64,000 bases of DNA, from contig JBIJDH010000004.1 of assembly GCA_044344255.1 (NCBI GenBank), positions 192,001-256,000 on the forward strand, in the 5' to 3' direction. How positions within the stretch are numbered: the first letter of the stretch is position 1; each line of letters starts with the position of its first letter. The translations under genes were made by a program, and so were the position numbers. The notes under the pieces were generated by a model. The model saw nothing but the letters and a program-made list of their open reading frames with translations, was not told the origin of the DNA and searched no databases. This document shows, in pieces, positions 44,370 through 53,486 of the stretch. The DNA is from Myxococcota bacterium (GTDB taxonomy: Bacteria; Myxococcota_A; UBA796; UBA2385).

Positions 44370-46151
44370 ATGAATCCAGACAATTCCGCCGCTCGCCTGT
44401 TGCCCACCCGCCGCGCCCTCCGTGCGGCCCTCCGTCCCTCCGCCGGGCGCCTCGTCCTGCTGGGCGTGCTCGCGGTCGCCTGTCAGAGCGACTACGACAT
44501 CAAGGGTGAGCACATCGGATCGGTGCTCAGCCTCGAGGTGACGAGCCCCACCTACGGCGAATTCATGGGGGACTCCGACATCACCGTGACGGGCACGGTT
44601 TACCCCCGTCAGGCGGTGCTCACGATTGAAGGGGAGACGGTCGAGGTGTCGGACGATGGCTCCTTCTCCGTCTCGGTCCCTGTCGACTACGCCTACCGGA
44701 TCGTCGACATCGAGGCCCACCTCGACAGCCAGGCCGAGCGCATCCGCCTCCCGGTCTTCCAGGGCCACAACCCCGCCGACACCTGGCCGGGCGGGATGTC
44801 GGCGCGGCTCCTGCCCTCCGGCCTCGACAAGCTCGGCGTGCAGGTGGGCGCGATGGTCGACGGCCTCGGCTGGAAGGAGCAGATCTCGGCGGCGCTGCCG
44901 TCGTACACCTCAGACTTCTTGTCGCTGACCTCGCTCGGCGTCACCTCAGACCCCACCGTGGTCCTCCTCGAGCCGGCGCTCGGCGGCCTCGACACCTACT
45001 TCACGATCAACAACGTCCTCGTCGCCTACCAGATCGACATCGACTACTGGATCGGCACCTACACCGGTGAGATGTCGATCGGCTTCACCGAGGTCGCCAT
45101 CGGCGGCCTCATGGTGCCCTCCCTCGACGAGGCGGGCATCCTCACGCTCGAGCTCACCGATGCCTCCCTCGACATCTCCGAGCCCGATCTCACGCTCGGC
45201 CCCCTGGACGGCACCGTCCTCGAGTGGGTCATGGGCGCGCTCAACGACTACATCCTCGAGCCCCTCGTGGATCTGCTCCTCGGCGTGATCCTGGACCAGG
45301 TGGGCGTCATCGAGGTGGGCGGGCCCTTTGACTTCAGCACCGACCTCTTCGGCACCTCGATCGACATCAGCCTCGCCTCCGTCTTCGCAGACCTCGACGG
45401 CCTCGGCGCGCTGCTCGGCATGGGCATCGGAGAGCCGATTGACCTCGCCGGCCTCGACGTCCCCGTGCCGGGGCTGACGACCACCTACGGCGATCAGTCC
45501 GACGTCGCGATCGGCGTCCATGAGGGCCTGCTCCAGCTCGTCATCGTCAACACGCTCGACGAGCTGTTGGGCGGCGGCTTCGACATCGGCTCTTACGCCT
45601 TCCTGCTCGACGGTCCGATCCGCGCCCTCCCGGGTGGCTCGGAGGCCCCGGAGGGCGCCGCCTGGTGCCTCGCCATCGACCCCGGCACCGCCTACGTCGC
45701 CCGCTTCGTCGAGGGCACCGACCGCCTGGGCGCCGTCTACATGCCCGACTTTCTGGTCGACATCGGCATCGACGACGGTTCGACGTGCAACCCCTGGCTG
45801 AAGACCTCCCTCGCGATGGAGCTCGGCCTCGTGGTCGAAGACGGGACCAACATCACCTTCGACATGTCGGTGCGGGAGGGCGCGGTGCTCGAGTACGGCG
45901 CCAGCGAGTACGACGAGGCGGAGGTGGTCAACCAGCTCGGCACCCTGCTCTCGACGATGATCGGCCTCGTGGGCGGCAGCCTCTCCTTCAACCTCACCGA
46001 TCTCGTGGGCGGCCTCGGCGCCGACACCACCGGGGGCCTCTCGCTCGGCGAGCTCGCCCCCACGGTGGTGGGGACGACGAAGCTGTACAACACCGACGGC
46101 AGCTGGAACGAGGGCCTCTACGCCCTCTGCCTCGACCTCTGGGCCGATTGA
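44370..46151 (+). CDS. Acidic lipoprotein with N-terminal Ig-like domain
   Basis: Lipobox AVAC; LEVTSPTYG...ITVTGTV...DDGSFSVSV Ig-like unit; remainder is acidic/hydrophobic alpha-beta. Confidence 0.75.
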   Translation: MNPDNSAARLLPTRRALRAALRPSAGRLVLLGVLAVACQSDYDIKGEHIGSVLSLEVTSPTYGEFMGDSDITVTGTVYPRQAVLTIEGETVEVSDDGSFSVSVPVDYAYRIVDIEAHLDSQAERIRLPVFQGHNPADTWPGGMSARLLPSGLDKLGVQVGAMVDGLGWKEQISAALPSYTSDFLSLTSLGVTSDPTVVLLEPALGGLDTYFTINNVLVAYQIDIDYWIGTYTGEMSIGFTEVAIGGLMVPSLDEAGILTLELTDASLDISEPDLTLGPLDGTVLEWVMGALNDYILEPLVDLLLGVILDQVGVIEVGGPFDFSTDLFGTSIDISLASVFADLDGLGALLGMGIGEPIDLAGLDVPVPGLTTTYGDQSDVAIGVHEGLLQLVIVNTLDELLGGGFDIGSYAFLLDGPIRALPGGSEAPEGAAWCLAIDPGTAYVARFVEGTDRLGAVYMPDFLVDIGIDDGSTCNPWLKTSLAMELGLVVEDGTNITFDMSVREGAVLEYGASEYDEAEVVNQLGTLLSTMIGLVGGSLSFNLTDLVGGLGADTTGGLSLGELAPTVVGTTKLYNTDGSWNEGLYALCLDLWAD

Positions 46152-46215
46152 GACGCCGGTCGGGCTGACGCGCGGGGGCGCTTTGGCGCTCCTGGCGGCT
46201 GAGCCGAGGCGTAGG

Positions 46216-46266
46216 CTCGGCCGCGGCGCGATCTCGGCCGCGGCGCGATCTCGGCCGCGGCGCGGT
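46216..46266. repeat. 17-bp intergenic tandem repeat x3 (CTCGGCCGCGGCGCGAT)
   Basis: Two exact copies plus one with a single mismatch, just past the pntB stop. Confidence 0.9.
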
Positions 46267-46269
46267 CTC

Positions 46270-47694
46270 TCAGGCCTTGAGCGCGCTCACGAGCTTCTGC
46301 ATGCTGTCCTTGGCGTCGCCGTACAGCATGTGGCAGTTGTCGTAGTAGAAGAGCGGGTTCTCGATGCCTGCGTAGCCGGCTCCCTTGCCGCGCTTGAGCA
46401 CCACGACCGTCTTCGACTTCCAGACCTGGATCACTGGCATGCCGTAGATCGGGCTCGACCCGTCGGTCTCGGCGCCGGGGTTCACGATGTCGTTGGCCCC
46501 GATGATGAGGACGAGGTCGGTGGTCGGGCAGTCGCCGTTGATCTCGTCCATCTCGAGGACGATGTCGTAGGGCACCCCCGCCTCGGCCAGCAGCACGTTC
46601 ATGTGGCCGGGGAGGCGGCCTGCGACGGGGTGGATCGCGTAGCGGACGTTGACGCCGCGGGCGCGCAGCACCTTGGAGAAGTCGTGCACGAGGTGCTGCG
46701 CGCGGCCGACGGCCATGCCGTAGCCGGGCACGATCATGATCTCCTTGGCCGACTGCGCGGCGCTGACCACGTCGGCCACCGTCATCTCGGTGATGCTGCC
46801 GACGATGGGCTCCGCCGGGGCCGAGGGCTTGCCGCCGTCCGTGCCGAAGCCGCCGAAGACCACGTTCAAGATCGAGCGGTTCATCGCCCGACACATGATG
46901 ATCGAGAGGATGGCGCCCGAGGAGCCCACGAGGGCGCCGGTGACGATGAGCAGGTCATTGCCGAGCATGAAGCCGGCCGCCGCCGCCGCCCAGCCCGAGT
47001 AGCTGTTGAGCAGGGAGACCACGACCGGCATGTCGGCCCCGCCGATCGCCATCACGAGGTGCACGCCGAGGAGGCTGGCCAGGGCCGTCATGCCGAGGAT
47101 GAGCGGCAGGGCGAGGGTGGGCGCGCCCGCGCCAAGGTGGTCGATCACGAAGGGGACGCCGAGGCCGAGGATGGTGATGGCCAGCGCGGCGTTGAGCAGG
47201 TGGCGGCCCGGCAGCAGCAGGGGCCTCCCGCCGATGCTGCCCTTGAGCTTGGCCCAGGCGATGATCGAGCCGGTGAGCGTCACCGCGCCGATGGCCACGC
47301 CGAGCCAGACCTCGATGAGGTGCACGACGAGCTCGCCCTTGTGGAGCTCGGGCGGTAGGGCCATCGCGCTCGAGATGCCGACCAGCACGGCGGCGAGGCC
47401 GACGAAGCTGTGCAACACCGCGACGAGCTCGGGCATCGCCGTCATCGCGACCCTGCTGGCGAGGAAGGCCCCCACCGCGCCGCCGATCACGACGGCGCCG
47501 ATCAGCATCCCGAAGGCGTGCACGGTGGGGTTGAGGGCCGTCGCCGCGATGGCGATCGCCATGCCGATCATGCCGTAGAGGTTGCCTTGGCGGGCCGTCT
47601 GCTGGTTGGCCAGACCCCCGAGGCTCAGGATGAACAGGATGGCCGCGAGGAGGTAGGCCGCGGTCAGCGCGCCCATCGGCAGCAGGTTCTCCAT
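46270..47694 (-). CDS. pntB: NAD(P) transhydrogenase subunit beta
   Basis: MTAMPELVA.LHSFVGLAAV, IGGADMPVVVSLLNSYSGW, PGYGMAV, IHPVAGRLPGHMNVLLAEA, IGANDIVNP, GYAGIENPLF. Confidence 0.98.
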   Translation of the reverse strand: MENLLPMGALTAAYLLAAILFILSLGGLANQQTARQGNLYGMIGMAIAIAATALNPTVHAFGMLIGAVVIGGAVGAFLASRVAMTAMPELVAVLHSFVGLAAVLVGISSAMALPPELHKGELVVHLIEVWLGVAIGAVTLTGSIIAWAKLKGSIGGRPLLLPGRHLLNAALAITILGLGVPFVIDHLGAGAPTLALPLILGMTALASLLGVHLVMAIGGADMPVVVSLLNSYSGWAAAAAGFMLGNDLLIVTGALVGSSGAILSIIMCRAMNRSILNVVFGGFGTDGGKPSAPAEPIVGSITEMTVADVVSAAQSAKEIMIVPGYGMAVGRAQHLVHDFSKVLRARGVNVRYAIHPVAGRLPGHMNVLLAEAGVPYDIVLEMDEINGDCPTTDLVLIIGANDIVNPGAETDGSSPIYGMPVIQVWKSKTVVVLKRGKGAGYAGIENPLFYYDNCHMLYGDAKDSMQKLVSALKA

Positions 47695-47696
47695 GT

Positions 47697-49361
47697 CTAC
47701 TCACCCTCTCTGCGGAACATCTGGAGCATGCGCTGGGTGACCAGGAAGCCCCCCGCGATGTTGATGGAGGCCACGAGGATGGCCACCGCGCCGAGCACAG
47801 CGGCGATGTTCATCTCGCCGGAGGCCGCCTGGAGCATGCCGCCGACGATGATGATCCCCGAGATGGCGTTCGTGACGCTCATCAGGGGCGTGTGCAGGGC
47901 GGGGCTCACGCTCCAGACCACCTGCCAGCCGACGAAGCAGGCGAGGACAAAGACCGTGAAGTGCTGGATGAACTCGCTCGGCGCGAAGACGCCGATCGCG
48001 GCCAGCATGGCGGCGACCACCGCGATGACGACGTTCTGCGCCACGCCGGACATCCCAGCGCCGCCGCCATGGCCGTGGCCGCCGGACTTGGCCTTCTTGG
48101 CTGCGGGAGGGAGCAGGGTGGGGTGCGCGATCGGCTCGCTGGCCTTCGGCGCCGTTGGGCTCGGCGCGGGGGTCGCTGCGGGGGTCGCTGCGGGGGCCGG
48201 CGCGGGGGTGGCCACCGCCTTGGGCGGCGGGGGCGGCCAGACCAGGGCGCCCTCCTGGAGCACGATCGCGCCACGAACGACCTCATCGCTGAGGTTGATC
48301 CTGTACTTGTCGCCTCCGCCCATGTCGGTGAGGAGGTGGACCAGGTTGGAGGCGAAGAGCTGCGAGGCCTGGCCGGGCAGCCGGCTCGGGAGGTCTGTCC
48401 AGCCGAGGATCGTGACACCGTGGACGTTCACCACCTCACCGGGCACCGTGTACTCGCAGTTCCCACCCTGCTCTGCCGCGAGATCGACCACCACAGACCC
48501 GGCCTTCATGCGATCGATCACATGGCCGGGGAGGAGGATGGGGGCGCGGCGGCCGGGGATGAGGGCCGTCGTGATGATGATGTCCACCTCGCGGGCCTGC
48601 TCTCCGAAGAGCTTCATCTCCGCGTCGTAGAACTCCTGGCTCATCACGTTGGCGTAGCCGCCCTTCGTCTCGGCCGACTCGCCCATCGGGAAGTCGAGGA
48701 GGAGGAAGGTGGCGCCGAGGCTCTCACACTGCTCCTTGGTGGCCGGGCGCACGTCGAAGGCGCGCACCTCCGCCCCGAGGCCGCGGGCGGCGGCGATGGC
48801 GGCGAGGCCGGCCACCCCGGCGCCGATGATCAGCACCCGCGCCGGGCGCGTGCGACCCGCGGCGGTGATCATGCCGGCGAAGAAGCCGCCGAAGTGATTG
48901 GCGGCCTCGATGACCGCCTTGTAGCCGGAGATGTTCCCCATGCTCGACAGCACGTCCATCTTCTGGGCGCGGCTGATGCGGGGGATCTGATCGAGGGCGA
49001 TCACGGTCGCCTTGCGGGCCGCGAGGCGCTCGATCAGCTCTTTGTTCTGGGCGGGGAAGAGCAGGCAGATGAGGTGCCCGCCCTCGCGCAGCAGATCGGC
49101 CTCGTGCACGCCGGTGGCGGGGTCGACCCCGGGTGGCCGCACCTTGGTGACGACGTCGGCGGCGGCCCACAGCGGAGCTGCCCCCTCGATGATCGTGGCG
49201 CCGGCCGCGGCGAAGTCAGCGTCGGACAAGCAGGCGCCGGCGCCAGCGCCAGCCTCTACGAGGACTTCAAAGCCGAGCTTTCGCAGCCGAGTGACGGTGT
49301 CGGGCGTCCCCGCGACGCGGCGTTCGCCGGCGTGGGTCTCCCGGGGGATGCCGATCTTCAT
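47697..49361 (-). CDS. pntA: NAD(P) transhydrogenase subunit alpha (dI and TM parts fused)
   Basis: IGIPRE...[75 protein letters not shown]. Confidence 0.98.
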   Translation of the reverse strand: MKIGIPRETHAGERRVAGTPDTVTRLRKLGFEVLVEAGAGAGACLSDADFAAAGATIIEGAAPLWAAADVVTKVRPPGVDPATGVHEADLLREGGHLICLLFPAQNKELIERLAARKATVIALDQIPRISRAQKMDVLSSMGNISGYKAVIEAANHFGGFFAGMITAAGRTRPARVLIIGAGVAGLAAIAAARGLGAEVRAFDVRPATKEQCESLGATFLLLDFPMGESAETKGGYANVMSQEFYDAEMKLFGEQAREVDIIITTALIPGRRAPILLPGHVIDRMKAGSVVVDLAAEQGGNCEYTVPGEVVNVHGVTILGWTDLPSRLPGQASQLFASNLVHLLTDMGGGDKYRINLSDEVVRGAIVLQEGALVWPPPPPKAVATPAPAPAATPAATPAPSPTAPKASEPIAHPTLLPPAAKKAKSGGHGHGGGAGMSGVAQNVVIAVVAAMLAAIGVFAPSEFIQHFTVFVLACFVGWQVVWSVSPALHTPLMSVTNAISGIIIVGGMLQAASGEMNIAAVLGAVAILVASINIAGGFLVTQRMLQMFRREGE

Positions 49362-49408
49362 CGGGCCTCCGAATGGGCGGCCCTGCTATCTCGCCCCGGG
49401 GCCTTCGG

Positions 49409-50002
49409 TCAGCCCCGCTCGTCGGTGGATTGTATGATCCAGTCCATGGCCATGTTGTCGAGCAGGGCGGCGCCAGCGTCGTCCTCTGGGGAGAGCGCGG
49501 CCCGGGCCTCGGCGAGGCGGCCGAGCAGCGGAGGGTCGGCCAGCTCGCCGAGGGGGGGGCTGGTGAGCGCGCCCTGCCAGCGCCCCTCGACGAAGGTGTC
49601 CTGGATGGGCAGGCCTCCGCCGCGCTTGAGCGCGAAACAAGGGGTGCCGAAGCAGCGCAGCAGGCGGCCGAGGGCGTCGTCCCGCGCCGCCGCTCCGGCG
49701 AGCACCGCGACCACGGCCGCCTCGGGGTCGTCCTCCTCGGCGGGCTGGCTGAGGGCCCAGAGGCCGTAGAGCCCCGACCAGGCGAGGGCGGGGTCTGCGG
49801 CCCAGCGTGCGGCGCCGTCGCCGAGCACCCAGGCCCGGAGCTGACGCACGGGGCCGAAGGTGGCGAGCGCCTCGCTGACCTGCTCGATCACCTCGAGGTC
49901 GTCGAAGGCCTGGGCGGGCAGGACGCGGGTGTCGATGACCACGCCGCCGGAGCGCAGCCGGGTGAGGAGGGCGGCCGAAGGGCGAAGGGTGGGGGATGCC
50001 AT
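49409..50002 (-). CDS. Hypothetical protein
   Basis: Fills the gap upstream of pntA with genome-typical codon usage; no domain recognised. Confidence 0.55.
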   Translation of the reverse strand: MASPTLRPSAALLTRLRSGGVVIDTRVLPAQAFDDLEVIEQVSEALATFGPVRQLRAWVLGDGAARWAADPALAWSGLYGLWALSQPAEEDDPEAAVVAVLAGAAARDDALGRLLRCFGTPCFALKRGGGLPIQDTFVEGRWQGALTSPPLGELADPPLLGRLAEARAALSPEDDAGAALLDNMAMDWIIQSTDERG

Positions 50003-50057
50003 CGGGGGCTCCAGGGCGGGTGCCTCTGTTATGCTGGCGGAGCGAGGAGCACCCGCC

Positions 50058-52190
50058 ATGACCCTGGACCCCCGATTCTTCCCCGTTCATCGACGGCTCG
50101 CCCTCGGGGCGCTGCTCGGGTTGGCCGCCTGCGCGGGCGGCGAGGCCGGGAAGGGTGGCGCGGCCGGTGAAGGGGGCGTCACCGGCCAGGACCGTGACCT
50201 CGACGGCTACTCGGGGCTGGACGACTGCAACGACGAGGACCCCGCCGTTCACGTGGACGCCGCCGAGATCTGCGACGGCGTCGACAACAACTGCGACGGG
50301 GAGGTGGACGAGGGTGTGCTCACCACCTGGTACAGCGACCTCGACGACGACGGCTTCGGCGACGCCGCGAGCCCCATCGAGGCCTGCTCTCCGGATGAGG
50401 GCATGGTGACGAACGACACGGACTGCGATGACGACGAGGAGCGGGTCTACCCCGGTGCTTATGACGCCTGCGACGGCCTCGACAACGACTGCGACGGCGA
50501 GATCGACGAGGCGGAGAGCGTCACCTGGTACGCCGACGAAGACGGGGACGGCTACGGTGACCCCGCCGCCTGGGTCGAGGCTTGCGCCGCCCCCGACGGC
50601 TACACGCGCGACGATCAGGACTGCGACGACACCACCGCGGCGGCCGCCCCGGCGGCCGCGGAGGTCTGTGATGAGATCGACAATGACTGCGACGGTGACA
50701 TCGACGAGGCCGTGACCTCCACCTACTACGAGGACCGCGACGGAGACGGCTGGGGCCTCCTCGCCGAGACCACCGAGGCCTGCACCCGCCCCACCGGCTA
50801 CTCGGTCGACGCCGGGGACTGTGACGACACCGACGTCGCCTACAACCCCGACGCGCTCGAGCTCGACTGCACCGATCCCCACGACTACAACTGCGACGGC
50901 AGCGTGGGCTACGCCGACGCCGACGGGGACGGCTGGGCCGCCTGCGAGGACTGCGACGACAGCGACGCCCTCGTCCGCCCCGACGGCCTCGAGGTCTGTA
51001 ACGGCGTCGATGACGACTGCGACACCCTCATCGATGACGCGGACCCCTCCGCTGACCTCAGCACCGGCTCCACTTGGTACGCCGACGCCGACGGGGACGG
51101 CTTCGGGGACGCCGGCGTCGCCGTCTCGGCCTGCGGGGCGCCGTTCGGCTACGTCTCGAACACGCTCGACTGTGATGACCACGACAGCCTCGTGAGCCCC
51201 AGCGCCACGGAGATCTGCAACGAGATCGACGATGACTGCGACGGGGACATCGACGGGGACGACAGCTCCGTCGATCTGTCCACGGGTGTGGTGTCCTACG
51301 CCGACGTGGATGGAGATGGGTACGGCGACGCCGCCGCCCCCGCCGAGGGCTGCGTGATCGAGGCCGGCTACGTCGACAACGACTCCGACTGTGACGACGC
51401 GGCGGTGGCGGTCAACCCGGCGGCGATCGAGGTCTGTAATGGTTACGACGACGACTGCGACCTGGCGATCGATGACGCGGACGGCAGCCTCAGCCTCGGC
51501 TCGGCCGGCACCTGGTATCAGGACAGCGACGGCGACGGCTACGGGCTCAGCAGCTCCACCACCCGCGCCTGCCTCGAGCCCGCCGGCTACGCCGCTTCGA
51601 GCGCGGACTGCGACGACGGGGCCGGGGCGGTCCACCCGGGGGCCACCGAGGTCTGTGACGCCGTAGACAATGACTGCGACACGAGCGTCGACGAGGGCTG
51701 GGACGCGGACGGAGACTCGATCACCGACTGCAAGGAGATCTCCCACACGGTGACGCTCTACCTCTCCGTCGATGACGCCTGGAGCGGCTACATCGACGGG
51801 ACCTCCATCGGCTCGGGGGGCGGCTGGTCCACCGTCCACACCATCACGAGCACCCTCGACTCCGGTGACCACGTGCTCGCCATCTACGGTGTCGACACGG
51901 GAGCGGCCATCGCGGGCTTCCTGGCCGCCGTCTACATCGATGGGAGCCTGTACTCGGTCTCGGGAGACGGGAAGTGGAAGGTCGGCGCCTCTGGCCCCAG
52001 CGGCTGGACCACGGCCGCGTACAACGACGCCGCCTGGGGCACCGGCACGGCCTGCACCGCCTCCCAGATGTCGACCTACTGGGGAGGGGCGCCGGCCAGC
52101 CTGCGGGCCACCGGCGCCTCCTGGATCTGGTCGCAGAGCTGCACCAGCCTTGGGGCGGGCTACTTCCGCTTGAACCTGACCTTGCCCTGA
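50058..52190 (+). CDS. Lipoprotein with eight MopE-like Cys/Asp metal-binding repeats and a C-terminal lectin-like beta-sandwich
   Basis: GAGGAG RBS; lipobox LAAC; eight DxDxDG...DC(D/N)D...C...DxxCD units; tail SVDDAWSGYIDG...HVLAI...AGFLAA...WK...GWTTAAYNDAAW...WIW. Confidence 0.88.
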   Translation: MTLDPRFFPVHRRLALGALLGLAACAGGEAGKGGAAGEGGVTGQDRDLDGYSGLDDCNDEDPAVHVDAAEICDGVDNNCDGEVDEGVLTTWYSDLDDDGFGDAASPIEACSPDEGMVTNDTDCDDDEERVYPGAYDACDGLDNDCDGEIDEAESVTWYADEDGDGYGDPAAWVEACAAPDGYTRDDQDCDDTTAAAAPAAAEVCDEIDNDCDGDIDEAVTSTYYEDRDGDGWGLLAETTEACTRPTGYSVDAGDCDDTDVAYNPDALELDCTDPHDYNCDGSVGYADADGDGWAACEDCDDSDALVRPDGLEVCNGVDDDCDTLIDDADPSADLSTGSTWYADADGDGFGDAGVAVSACGAPFGYVSNTLDCDDHDSLVSPSATEICNEIDDDCDGDIDGDDSSVDLSTGVVSYADVDGDGYGDAAAPAEGCVIEAGYVDNDSDCDDAAVAVNPAAIEVCNGYDDDCDLAIDDADGSLSLGSAGTWYQDSDGDGYGLSSSTTRACLEPAGYAASSADCDDGAGAVHPGATEVCDAVDNDCDTSVDEGWDADGDSITDCKEISHTVTLYLSVDDAWSGYIDGTSIGSGGGWSTVHTITSTLDSGDHVLAIYGVDTGAAIAGFLAAVYIDGSLYSVSGDGKWKVGASGPSGWTTAAYNDAAWGTGTACTASQMSTYWGGAPASLRATGASWIWSQSCTSLGAGYFRLNLTLP

Positions 52191-52203
52191 GGCCGGGCCC
52201 TCC

Positions 52204-52240
52204 CCCCGTGTCCCCTCGCTCCGGGTGAGGGGACACGGGG
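52204..52240. terminator. GC-rich hairpin between convergent genes
   Basis: CCCCGTGTCCCCTCGC-TCCGG-GTGAGGGGACACGGGG; 16-bp stem with one G-U pair. Confidence 0.7.
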
Positions 52241-52249
52241 ATCGGTCGG

Positions 52250-53431
52250 TCAGCCCTCGCGCTCGAAGACCGCCGCCGCGCCCATGCCGCCGCCGATGCA
52301 CATCGAGACGACGCCGTAGCGGCTGCCGCGGCGCTTCATCTCGTGGAGCAGGGAGGCGGTGAGCTTGGCGCCCGTGCAGCCCAAGGGGTGACCGAGGGCG
52401 ATGGCGCCGCCGTTCACGTTGACCTTGGCGGCGTCGATGCCGAGCTCGCGCACGCAGTAGACGGCCTGGCTGGCGAAGGCCTCGTTGATCTCGAAGACGT
52501 CGATGTCTTCGACCGCCACGCCGGCCTTCTTGGCGGCGACGGGGATGGCGGCGGCGGGGCCGATGCCCATCACCGCGGGGTCCACGCCGACGACCGCGTA
52601 GGAGCGCAGCACGCCGAGGATCGGCAGGCCCTGGGCCTCGGCGGCCTCTCGCGCCATGACGAGGGTGGCGGCGGCGCCGTCGCTCATCTGGCTCGAGTTG
52701 CCGGCGGTGGTGGTGCCGGTGGTCGAGAAGGCGGGCTTGAGCTTGGAGAGCCCCTCCGCCGTGGTGTCGCCGCGCACGCCGTCATCGATGGTGATGGTGG
52801 TGTCGGTCCAGGCGCCGTCCTTGTACAGGCGGGTCGCGACCGGCACGATCTCGTCGGTGAACTTGCCATCGCGGATGGCGGCGGCCGCCTTCTGGTGTGA
52901 GGAAGCAGCGAAGGCGTCCTGGTCGGCCCGGGAGACGTTGTAGCGCTTGGCCACGTTCTCCGAGGTGATGCCCATCGGCGTGTAGATCTCGGGGTGCTCC
53001 GCCATGATGGTCGGGTTCGGGCTCGGCCGGTCCCCGCCCATCGGGATCTGGGACATGGACTCCACGCCCCCCGAGATGCCGGCGTCGTACCAGCCGGCGT
53101 TGATGCTGGCCGCCACCTGCGCGAGGGACTGGAGGCCCGACGAGCAGAAGCGATTGATGGTCATCGCGGGGACGCTGTCGGGCACGCCGGCCGCGAGGGC
53201 AGCGATGCGGGCCACGTTCATGCCCTGCTCGCCTTCGGGCATCGCGGTGCCGATGACGACGTCACCCACCTGGGTGGCGTCGAAGCCGGGCACCCGCTCG
53301 AGCAGGCCACGGATGGCGATGGTGATGAGGTCGTCGGGGCGGGTGTCCTTGAGACCACCACGCTTGGCCTTGGTGACGGGGGTGCGGACCGCCGCCACCA
53401 CGACCGCGTCCCGGGGGTTCTTCTGTGCCAT
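52250..53431 (-). CDS. fadA: Acetyl-CoA C-acyltransferase (thiolase)
   Basis: INRFCSSGLQ, GGVESMS, GNSSQMSDGAAA, EINEAFA, NGGAIALGHPLGCTG, MCIGGGMGAA; GGAG RBS. Confidence 0.95.
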   Translation of the reverse strand: MAQKNPRDAVVVAAVRTPVTKAKRGGLKDTRPDDLITIAIRGLLERVPGFDATQVGDVVIGTAMPEGEQGMNVARIAALAAGVPDSVPAMTINRFCSSGLQSLAQVAASINAGWYDAGISGGVESMSQIPMGGDRPSPNPTIMAEHPEIYTPMGITSENVAKRYNVSRADQDAFAASSHQKAAAAIRDGKFTDEIVPVATRLYKDGAWTDTTITIDDGVRGDTTAEGLSKLKPAFSTTGTTTAGNSSQMSDGAAATLVMAREAAEAQGLPILGVLRSYAVVGVDPAVMGIGPAAAIPVAAKKAGVAVEDIDVFEINEAFASQAVYCVRELGIDAAKVNVNGGAIALGHPLGCTGAKLTASLLHEMKRRGSRYGVVSMCIGGGMGAAAVFEREG

Positions 53432-53486
53432 TGGAAACACTCCGAATTCAGGTACGAAGGAAGTCGGAAACTGTGGTGGGAGCGGA

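Noticed and set aside
39352..44373. 1673-aa + strand ORF, and other very long ORFs at 17692-20412, 30901-34116, 49386-52301, 53004-55922, 60611-63406 and 6017-8644
   Set aside because: Antisense shadows of well-supported genes. High GC3 depletes stops on the opposite strand, and the translations have no motifs.
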